Shown here one piece after another: positions 26,513 to 33,940 of a stretch of DNA of 34,073 nt. Every line of letters starts with the position of its first letter. The first letter of the stretch is position 1. The stretch comes from a virus (Duplodnaviria; Caudoviricetes): positions 1-34,073 of IMG/VR virus record IMGVR_UViG_3300025801_000014; one strand, written 5' to 3'. The notes under the pieces are model-generated. The model made no database searches and was not told where the DNA came from. It saw only the letters and a program-made list of their open reading frames with translations. Position numbers and translations under genes: made by a program.

Positions 26513-27399
26513 TGACCTGGTTCCGTATCGATGATGACTTTTACGATCATCCCAAGGTCAAGAGGATTCCGAAAAGGTATCGGCTGGCTGCCGTAGGCCT
26601 CTGGGCAGCGGTCGGGATGTATTGCACGAGGCACCTTACGGACGGGCGTTTCACCGAGCAGGACGCCCTAGATCAACTGGGCACGCCGACGCTCGTCCGG
26701 TGGCTCGTGGACGTCGGGCTCTGGTCGCGCGAGGCGGATGGAAGCCTCGCGTACCACGATTGGACCCACTATCAGGAGTCACGCGCGAAGGTCCTGGGGC
26801 GACGCCAAGGCAACCGCGAACGCGTCGCGAAGTGGAGAGAGAAACGCTCTGACCAGGACAAAGACGATCCTGTAACGCCGTTACAAAATAGTACTCGCGT
26901 ACGTGCCCGCGCGCCGGCTGGCACGCGGGCACACTCCCGACCCGACCCAATAAGTACTAGTGGTACCTCTAGTAGGTCTCCTCAAGGTCAAGAGCGCGCG
27001 GGCGAACCGAGCGAGCCAACCAGGGTCGAATCTCTCCTCGCCGAATACCGAAACAACTCACCGAGAGGCATACCCACGAAGCAAGCCGAAAGGCTCGCAG
27101 CCGAAATACATCAGCTCACCAAGGACGGATACACCGACGATGAGATCAGGGCCGGAATGTCGCAACTAAGGACCCGGGGAGTCGGACCATCGGTACTCCC
27201 CTCGCTCGTCGACGAATACGCCAACAAGACGCCAAACCAAAACAAACAAACAAACGGAAAGCCACTCAATGGTCAGTCAACGACCGACCTACGAATAGCA
27301 CAGGCCCTGGCGGCCGGAGAGAAAGTAAGCCGAGAAGAACGAATGAAACAACTAAACGATAGTGCCCGCCCAGCAATAGAAGATGGAATGTCAGCGTGA
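26512..27399 (+). CDS. Phage replication initiator (RepA / replisome-organiser-like)
   Basis: WFRIDDDFYDHPK, AVGLW, TDG, LVDVGLW, YHDW, RERVAKWR, SRPDP motifs. Confidence 0.8.
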   Translation: MTWFRIDDDFYDHPKVKRIPKRYRLAAVGLWAAVGMYCTRHLTDGRFTEQDALDQLGTPTLVRWLVDVGLWSREADGSLAYHDWTHYQESRAKVLGRRQGNRERVAKWREKRSDQDKDDPVTPLQNSTRVRARAPAGTRAHSRPDPISTSGTSSRSPQGQERAGEPSEPTRVESLLAEYRNNSPRGIPTKQAERLAAEIHQLTKDGYTDDEIRAGMSQLRTRGVGPSVLPSLVDEYANKTPNQNKQTNGKPLNGQSTTDLRIAQALAAGEKVSREERMKQLNDSARPAIEDGMSA

Positions 27400-27989
27400 T
27401 TACATTTGATGAGGTAGCACGGATCCTGGCGAAGTGCGCCGCGTACGACCAACGGACCGTCGGCGAGGGAGACATCCGGGCCTGGCACGAAGCGCTCAAT
27501 GTCGCAGAGCCTCCAATCGAAATCGAAGATGCACTCATTTCGGTAGCACGCTTTTACGCAGAACGCACCGAGGGGAGGATCCGTCCGGCCCACGTCATCG
27601 AGGCGTCCCATGCGATGGACCTCGATCGTCGGCAAAGGGCGCGGGACGAGATCCGTGATCGGGCATTGGAGCGGGCGACCGAGGCTCGGGCTGTGGAGGT
27701 CGTCGGGACCCGGGACCGCGCGGACGAGGTGAACCAGCTCCTCGACGATCTCCGTCGCCGAATCGGTCCGCGAGCGAGGCCGGAAGTGTTCCGTCGGCCG
27801 GAGTGGTTGCGCTCCGACCGGGCCAGGGATGCAGCTTCGGTGCGTCGTCGCGTGGATCCGTCGGGGCTGGGCTGGTGCGTGGAGTGCCATCGGGCCGGGC
27901 GGATGGTGCTTGCCGTTGACCCCGATGCCGGATCGGAATGCCGTGAGCATTCCACGGATGCCCCGCCCGGACCGCGAGAGCAACGCTGA
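27396..27989 (+). CDS. Helicase loader/inhibitor-like protein
   Basis: ILAKCAAYDQRTVGEGDIRAWHEAL...IRPAHV N-domain typical of the gene after the initiator; C-terminal CVEC...C..H. Confidence 0.65.
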   Translation: MITFDEVARILAKCAAYDQRTVGEGDIRAWHEALNVAEPPIEIEDALISVARFYAERTEGRIRPAHVIEASHAMDLDRRQRARDEIRDRALERATEARAVEVVGTRDRADEVNQLLDDLRRRIGPRARPEVFRRPEWLRSDRARDAASVRRRVDPSGLGWCVECHRAGRMVLAVDPDAGSECREHSTDAPPGPREQR

Positions 27990-28196
27990 GGGCCTAACGG
28001 GCGCCGTTGGTACCCTCGTCTAGGGTACGAGATTCCATCGCCTTAGAGGGGATCTCAGCGGGTTTCCGGGTGGTCGGCCACGAAGCGACCACCCGGACAC
28101 CGGACACGCCACCCGCACAGATCGATGTAGATCACCGCAACGGCCGATGCCGAATAGCTAGACATCTAGTCATCCGACGAGATAGAGTCAGCCGCC

Positions 28197-28550
28197 GTGA
28201 GCGACCTACGGATGACACCACAAGTAGTGGTGATCCTGACCACACTCCTCCGGGCGACCACCGGAGAGCTGGGCGACGAGCCCATGAAGCACGGGATGTA
28301 CGCCTACGAACTAAGCAACGCCACCGGAATACCGACCGGCACCATCCACCCGATCTTGAAGCGGCTCGTTAAGAGAGGGTACGCACATGACACATGGAGG
28401 GAGATCCAGTCCAGGAGGAGAAGGTACTACCGCCTGAGCAACCAAGGACGAATGCAAGCAACCGCAGCGAAGCAGATCTACCGATACGTAGTGCCCTCCA
28501 AGACACGCTCCGTGCCAGCCGAGGTGACCCAACTCATCATCGACGCCTAA
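28197..28550 (+). CDS. PadR-family winged-helix regulator
   Basis: YAYELSNATGIPTGTIHPILKRL...RRRYYRLS motifs; start 28197 or 28212. Confidence 0.85.
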   Translation: MSDLRMTPQVVVILTTLLRATTGELGDEPMKHGMYAYELSNATGIPTGTIHPILKRLVKRGYAHDTWREIQSRRRRYYRLSNQGRMQATAAKQIYRYVVPSKTRSVPAEVTQLIIDA

Positions 28551-28579
28551 TCACGCACCGTGACCAAAGGGACAGACCG

Positions 28580-28975
28580 TTGACCAACTGGAAAGCCATA
28601 GCCAAAGCAATATCGATCCTGGCCTCAGACCACCGAATCGCGGCCATGAACGCATTCGCCACCGGATCAGACGACGAATGGAACCACGAATCAGACACAG
28701 CTGAAAGATGGTCGACCGCAGCAAGGCAGGCGAGGACCGCCGAAGCACGGGCAGGCAGGAAGAGCAACCTCACGGACGGCGAGGCCCTGGCCGAGGACCG
28801 GGTCGACCTGGTCCTAAGGCTCCTCGCCGACCCGGGCAAACGGAGCGCATCCGAGATTACCGAAATCACCGAAGTCCTCATCGACGAGCTGTCACGGGCA
28901 ACCCGGATAGACGAGAAGCAGAGAGCGGATTGCATCAAGAATCTCAAGGCAACCCAACAGGAAAAGTCACAATGA
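28580..28975 (+). CDS. Hypothetical protein
   Basis: TTG start after AAAGGGA; ATGA overlap with the next gene. Confidence 0.6.
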   Translation: MTNWKAIAKAISILASDHRIAAMNAFATGSDDEWNHESDTAERWSTAARQARTAEARAGRKSNLTDGEALAEDRVDLVLRLLADPGKRSASEITEITEVLIDELSRATRIDEKQRADCIKNLKATQQEKSQ

Positions 28976-29250
28976 CCACCGAAGACGACCCAGTGACCGC
29001 AGCATGGAACGCATACGTCGAGGCCGTTATCAACGCAGAAAACGCCCAACGCGTTTCCATCGCAGCCGCACAAGCGGCAGTCAAGGCATCAATCGCCTAC
29101 TCCGAAGCTATCAACGCCGACGAAGATGCCAAGCACCACACCGTCTACGCGTGGTCTGGACCTCCCACCATGTGTCGTGTCCTCAACGCCGACGAAGATG
29201 CCAAGCACCACACCGACCCATCAACACCCCAGGAAGACAACCCATCATGA
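28972..29250 (+). CDS. Ala-rich hypothetical protein with internal duplication
   Basis: ATGA overlaps at both ends; NADEDAKHHT occurs twice. Confidence 0.7.
   Translation: MTTEDDPVTAAWNAYVEAVINAENAQRVSIAAAQAAVKASIAYSEAINADEDAKHHTVYAWSGPPTMCRVLNADEDAKHHTDPSTPQEDNPS
29111..29215 (+). repeat. Perfect 33-bp direct repeat flanking a 39-bp insert
   Basis: TCAACGCCGACGAAGATGCCAAGCACCACACCG at 29111-29143 and 29183-29215. Confidence 0.95.
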
Positions 29251-29564
29251 CCACCTACCAGAGCCAACACCTAACAACCGAAGACAAGAAGCAAACAGCC
29301 ATCGACACAGCCAACACAGCCCACGACGCGGCCATCGAGGCCGAAGCAGCTGCACGCGAGGCCGTCACGGCGGATGACATCGCCAGAGAAGCCGAAGCCC
29401 GAGCCTTCATCCTGCGAGCCAGGGCAAAGTCAGCCGCAACCCGAGCAGCCGAGTACCACCAGGCCGCAGACACCGCAGCTGACATCGCTGCGAAAGCCGC
29501 TGAAGTCGCCGATCTCGCCTACTACCAGGACTTCAAGGAACTCCGGGTGAGGGGCGGACAGTGA
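29247..29564 (+). CDS. Ala-rich coiled-coil hypothetical protein
   Basis: Overlapping start/stop coupling on both sides. Confidence 0.7.
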   Translation: MTTYQSQHLTTEDKKQTAIDTANTAHDAAIEAEAAAREAVTADDIAREAEARAFILRARAKSAATRAAEYHQAADTAADIAAKAAEVADLAYYQDFKELRVRGGQ

Positions 29565-30007
29565 CCCACTACGATGCGGCGGTCGAAGCCCAAGACGACC
29601 CAGTCATCGCTGCAGTCAACCTAATCGGGAGGACCGGAGCAACCAATCTCGAGATCGGATACCTACACGACAACGTCCCACCAGAGGAAGCCGGCTGGTA
29701 TGCCTACGCGCAGTACCAAGGGGCAAGGGTCACCATCAGCGACCAGCGAAGCCCCGACGATGCCGTGCAAGGACTTGCCATCGAGCTACTCACCGGAGCC
29801 AAATGCATGCTATGTGGGCGACTGGTCTCCCTCAACCCAGAAGGCACCTACGCGAAAGACACCATCCTGATGGACGGCACACCATGGCTCGCGGAACAAC
29901 AAGCAGCCGCAGGCATATGCGTGTGGCGTCGAGACGGACCCGAATGGAAGGCGGGATGCAAGGACGACAAGAAACAACGACGGGGGCGCCACAAGCGACG
30001 CCGGTAA
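29561..30007 (+). CDS. Hypothetical protein with Cys motifs
   Basis: GTGA overlap; CMLCG...CVW...GC. Confidence 0.75.
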   Translation: MTHYDAAVEAQDDPVIAAVNLIGRTGATNLEIGYLHDNVPPEEAGWYAYAQYQGARVTISDQRSPDDAVQGLAIELLTGAKCMLCGRLVSLNPEGTYAKDTILMDGTPWLAEQQAAAGICVWRRDGPEWKAGCKDDKKQRRGRHKRRR

Positions 30008-30042
30008 CCACAACCCGACACCATCACAACCAGGGAGCAACC

Positions 30043-30519
30043 ATGAAGAAGATCACCGCAGTACTCGCAGGGATCACCGCTGCCGGAACCCTCGCGATCG
30101 CCACACCCGCAGTCGCGGAAACCAGCACCTACCGGCCATCGCCGACCGCAACCCCGGACCACGCGGCAACGCACTACACCTGCTACGCGCAAGACCCGCG
30201 AGACTCCGACAAGACGGTGCACTGGACCGCCATCCAGCCCTGCCCGACCCGCTTCACCTCACCTCCCCCGCAGACCAGCACCGAACCGGCCGGCGAGACC
30301 ACGACCACGACCACTGCCATGGTCGACGAGACCAGCACCCCGGCAGGCGTCACGACAGCGCCATCGGCCACAAACAGCACCACGGCTGCTGAAGACCAGC
30401 TCCCGGTGACCGGCAACAACATGGTGGTGCTGCTGATGGTCGGGGCCGCACTGATGATCGCCGGACTTGTCGCGATCGCCATCAGCCGCAAACGGGGAAA
30501 CACCAGGTTCGAAGCCTGA
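30043..30519 (+). CDS. Secreted LPXTG cell-wall-anchored protein
   Basis: Signal peptide MKKITAVLAG...PAVA, Thr/Pro-rich stalk, LPVTG, TM helix, RKR tail. Confidence 0.88.
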   Translation: MKKITAVLAGITAAGTLAIATPAVAETSTYRPSPTATPDHAATHYTCYAQDPRDSDKTVHWTAIQPCPTRFTSPPPQTSTEPAGETTTTTTAMVDETSTPAGVTTAPSATNSTTAAEDQLPVTGNNMVVLLMVGAALMIAGLVAIAISRKRGNTRFEA

Positions 30520-30520
30520 C

Positions 30521-30574
30521 CATCTAGTGACCGTGCCCGCCCGGCTCCGGCCGGGCGAGTGCGGCCACTAGATG
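30521..30574 (+). terminator. Long hairpin after the LPXTG gene
   Basis: CATCTAGTG...GCCCGGC / GCCGGGC...CACTAGATG. Confidence 0.65.
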
Positions 30575-30632
30575 ACCAGGATGAGGACTGGTCAGCGAAT
30601 TAAAATCGATCAACGAGAAGGGAAGGTGACCC

Positions 30633-30872
30633 ATGAACATCAAGAACCTGGACCGCTGGCGCAACGCAGCATTCCTCACCGGAACCGGCCTCGTCGTCGC
30701 AGCAGAGATCGTGCATGCCTTCGACGACGACCCAGGAACCCGACCCTGGACTGACTACCTCTCCCGCCTGCCCATGCCACTACTAGCACCTGCAGCCGCA
30801 TCGTTTTCGACCTGGCTAGTGCTCCACCTGATCTCAGCCAGACGGAAACGAGAAGCTGCAGCCGGCAAGTGA
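30633..30872 (+). CDS. Small two-TM membrane protein
   Basis: GGGAAGG RBS, two hydrophobic segments, basic tail. Confidence 0.7.
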   Translation: MNIKNLDRWRNAAFLTGTGLVVAAEIVHAFDDDPGTRPWTDYLSRLPMPLLAPAAASFSTWLVLHLISARRKREAAAGK

Positions 30873-31000
30873 TCGCCCGGTGGTGGCGTGCGCTGACCAC
30901 GGCCCACGCCAGGCGACCACGCCACGACGGCACCCAACCACGGGTCCCCGCAACCTGGTCTCCCCTCTACCCGCTCGACGTGTTCGGAGCCGCCGCATGA
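30869..31000 (+). CDS. 43-aa hypothetical protein (not in ORF track)
   Basis: GTGA overlap with the upstream stop and ATGA overlap with the MTase start; reads VIARWWRALTTAHARRP...VFGAAA. Confidence 0.5.
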   Translation: MIARWWRALTTAHARRPRHDGTQPRVPATWSPLYPLDVFGAAA

Positions 31001-31755
31001 ACGCTCCGTACTACGCCGACGACACGGTGACCCTCTACTGCGGCGACTGCCGGGAGATCCTGCCGGCCCTCGACGCCCACCCGGACTGCGTGATCGCAGA
31101 TCCTCCCTACCAGGAGACCTCGCTGGCCTGGGACCGGTGGCCAGACGGGTGGCCGGCCGTCGTCGCGGGGATCGCGTCGTCGCTGTGGTGTTTCGGCACC
31201 CTTCGGATGTTCATGGGCCGCGCCGCCGAGTTCGCCCCGTGGAAGCTGAGCCACGACACGATCTGGCGCAAGCACAACGCGTCCGGGCCGAACGCCGACC
31301 GCTTTCGGCGCATCCACGAGCAGGTCGGCCACTTCTACCGTGGCCGCTGGTCGGACCTCTACCGCTGCCCGCAGCGAGTCACCACGGGAGTGGTGGAGCG
31401 GGGCCGGATCGTCAAGCAGGGGCCCAAGGAAATCTCCCAGCGCGGCGTGTACCGCACCGGTGCCTGGACCGATGACGGCACGCGCCTGATGACCTCGGTG
31501 ATCGACGCACCGTCGATGCACCGACGCGGGGCGGTCCACCCATGCGAGAAGCCGGTCAGCCTGCTCGCGGTTCTGATCGGGTACGCCTGCCCACCCGGCG
31601 GGTTGGTTCTCGATCCGTTCGCGGGTTCCGGTGCGACTGCAGTCGCCGCTGGCCTGTCCGGACGCCGAGCGGTCCTGATCGAGGCCGACGAACGCTACTG
31701 CGAGGCCATCGCCCATCGCCTGCAGGACGCCCTTCCGATCGGAGCGGCATCATGA
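30997..31755 (+). CDS. DNA N4-cytosine/N6-adenine methyltransferase (beta class)
   Basis: LYCGDC, ADPPY, HPCEKP, VLDPFAGSGAT motifs in beta order. Confidence 0.93.
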   Translation: MNAPYYADDTVTLYCGDCREILPALDAHPDCVIADPPYQETSLAWDRWPDGWPAVVAGIASSLWCFGTLRMFMGRAAEFAPWKLSHDTIWRKHNASGPNADRFRRIHEQVGHFYRGRWSDLYRCPQRVTTGVVERGRIVKQGPKEISQRGVYRTGAWTDDGTRLMTSVIDAPSMHRRGAVHPCEKPVSLLAVLIGYACPPGGLVLDPFAGSGATAVAAGLSGRRAVLIEADERYCEAIAHRLQDALPIGAAS

Positions 31756-32774
31756 CGCTCACCGACGCTGGGGCCGTCCCCACGATCCGCCTGCTGTCGC
31801 TCGGCGCCGGGGTGCAGTCCACCATCCTCGCCCTGATGGCCGCCAGCGGCGAGCTTCCCCGTCTCGACGGGGCCGTGTTCGCCGACACCGGCTGGGAACC
31901 CCAGCGGGTCTACGCCCACTTGCTGCGCCTGCGCGACGTCCTCACCGACGCGGGGATCCCGCTGTACATCGTCTCCAGCGGCAACCTCCGCGCCGACTCC
32001 CTCAACCCCGCCCACCGGTACGCCTCGGTGCCCTACTTCGTCCAGAACCCGCCGGGACCGTGTGATCCGTGCGGAGCCACCGGACGAGTCGACGACCCCG
32101 AAGGCCCCGGCCAGGTCGCATGCCGGCGCTGCCGGGGCACCGGTTGGGACGACGGCAAGGGCATGGGCCGCCGGCAGTGCACCTCGGAGTACAAGCTGGC
32201 GCCGATCGGTCGGAAGGTCCGCGAACTCCTCGGCGCCACGCCCCCCGACTTCAAACGGGTCCCCAAGGGCCGGATCTGCGAGCAGTGGATCGGGTTCTCC
32301 ACCGATGAGATCACCCGGGTCTCCGACAAGGACACCGTCTCCTACATCACCAAGCGGTACCCGCTGCTCGACCTGGGCATGAGCCGCGCCGACTGCCAGC
32401 GGTGGCTACGCCGGGCAGGCTGGGACACGGTCGCGAAAAGCGCCTGTGTCGGCTGCCCCTACCACGGCAACCGGCAGTGGCGAGATATTCGCGACAACGA
32501 CCCCGACGAGTGGGCCGACGCTGTGGCCTTCGACGAGGCCATCCGCAAAGGCGGCGCCCGGGAGATCCCGCTCGGCGGCCAGGCGTTCCTGCACTCATCC
32601 CGCGTGCCGCTGGCGATCGCCCCCATCGACCGGGTGACCTCCCGCGAGTGGGCCGAGCGGCAGGGCGACATCTTCGACGCGATCGCCGACCAGGACCTCG
32701 AAGACGGCGACCCGGACGGGTGCTCGCCCTACGGATGCCGATCCGGTGCAGTCGTCGCAGGCGGTGACGCATGA
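31752..32774 (+). CDS. PAPS-reductase-like / PP-loop adenine nucleotide alpha-hydrolase
   Basis: LSLGAGVQS, FADTGWE, RQCTSEYK, WIGFSTDE, YPL, KSACVGCPYH motifs. Confidence 0.85.
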   Translation: MTLTDAGAVPTIRLLSLGAGVQSTILALMAASGELPRLDGAVFADTGWEPQRVYAHLLRLRDVLTDAGIPLYIVSSGNLRADSLNPAHRYASVPYFVQNPPGPCDPCGATGRVDDPEGPGQVACRRCRGTGWDDGKGMGRRQCTSEYKLAPIGRKVRELLGATPPDFKRVPKGRICEQWIGFSTDEITRVSDKDTVSYITKRYPLLDLGMSRADCQRWLRRAGWDTVAKSACVGCPYHGNRQWRDIRDNDPDEWADAVAFDEAIRKGGAREIPLGGQAFLHSSRVPLAIAPIDRVTSREWAERQGDIFDAIADQDLEDGDPDGCSPYGCRSGAVVAGGDA

Positions 32775-32798
32775 CCGCGTATCCCGGGCACGGCCACG

Positions 32799-33155
32799 AT
32801 GAGTAAGCCCGGAGACCCCCGCAAAGGCCGCGCCTACCGAGAAGCCGTGCAGCTCATGTGGATCCGCTGGCAAGAAGCCGGCAACGGCACCATGTGCCAC
32901 ATCTGCGGACACCAGGGAGCCACCGAAGCAGACCACATAGTCACGATCGCGGATGACCCAGACCAGGTCCCGCACTGGAGTCGATTCAGACCATCCCACG
33001 GCGTCAACCCCCGTGGAGGACACCCGGGACCATGCCGGCATCCAGACTGCATCGCGATCAACAACGGCGCACCCCGACCCTGCAACCAACAACGAGGCAA
33101 GAGCAGCCTCGCCGAACAACCAACACCCACCATGTACACCACCAAACGGTGGTAG
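32799..33155 (+). CDS. HNH endonuclease (packaging-associated, gp74-like)
   Basis: CHICGH, ADHIV, RPSHG, CNQQRG; near the genome end upstream of the terminases. Confidence 0.8.
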   Translation: MSKPGDPRKGRAYREAVQLMWIRWQEAGNGTMCHICGHQGATEADHIVTIADDPDQVPHWSRFRPSHGVNPRGGHPGPCRHPDCIAINNGAPRPCNQQRGKSSLAEQPTPTMYTTKRW

Positions 33156-33186
33156 AGAACCACAGCAACGCAAGGGGGAAAGCACC

Positions 33187-33621
33187 ATGGACTCGATCAC
33201 CATCCAAAACGTGATCATCGAGATCGGCGACGTCGGATTCACCGGGAACCTCACCATCACGAAAGGCACACTCGGTCTTCTCTCCTGGACCGTCAAGACA
33301 TCCATCCACATCGGCCAAGGACCTATCGCGCTCCTGCCCCACCTATCCGGTGGACATGTCATCGAGATCTTCCAAGAGATGAAAGACCAAAGAATCGTCG
33401 AGGACATCCGGATCACAGACGGTGATGTCGTCTGCGACGGTCTCTTCCGGGTATCGAAGATCAACCAGAACGTAGACACGCTAGACACCACCCTCCTCGG
33501 CGAAGGCACCCTGATCTTCACCCGAGACAAGAACACACCACCCGACGTCCACACCCTCAACGGGCCAACCATCCGAACCGCCTGCCAGCACTACGGCATC
33601 GAGATCATGGAGGAGTCATGA
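33187..33621 (+). CDS. Hypothetical protein
   Basis: AAGGGGG RBS before ATG 33187; beta-rich. Confidence 0.7.
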   Translation: MDSITIQNVIIEIGDVGFTGNLTITKGTLGLLSWTVKTSIHIGQGPIALLPHLSGGHVIEIFQEMKDQRIVEDIRITDGDVVCDGLFRVSKINQNVDTLDTTLLGEGTLIFTRDKNTPPDVHTLNGPTIRTACQHYGIEIMEES

Positions 33622-33854
33622 CCGAGAAAGAACAACCCGCCAACCCCACTGAACTCACCCTCGCCCTGACCTACAGCGACGGGACCACCCGAAGAGTCAC
33701 CATCTACCAGCCATCACTCTCCCTAACCCTCGACCAACCCCCAGTCAGGGACGAGGACGAGACGCAGAGGCAGGGATGGATGGTCTACCGGGCGGGACCC
33801 GAGATGCACATCAAGCTGACCGCACACGGACTCGTGAAGGATCCGAACGGCTAG
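33618..33854 (+). CDS. Hypothetical protein
   Basis: GGAGGAG RBS, ATGA overlap. Confidence 0.7.
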   Translation: MTEKEQPANPTELTLALTYSDGTTRRVTIYQPSLSLTLDQPPVRDEDETQRQGWMVYRAGPEMHIKLTAHGLVKDPNG

Positions 33855-33899
33855 ATGACGGACATGGGTCGGCCTGGCATTCAAGGTAGCAATAAGTAA

Positions 33900-33940
33900 C
33901 CATGGAGGGGGGGTGCGGGTATACCACCCCCCCCTTATGG
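33900..33940. other. G-run/C-run inverted repeat, candidate packaging (cos) region element
   Basis: CCATGGAGGGGGGGTG / CACCCCCCCCTTATGG in the non-coding gap between the HNH region and the terminases. Confidence 0.45.

Noticed and set aside
29111-29215. Annotating this unit as a bona fide CRISPR array
   Set aside because: Two repeats only, non-palindromic, inside a coding frame, no leader or cas genes; kept as a hypothesis
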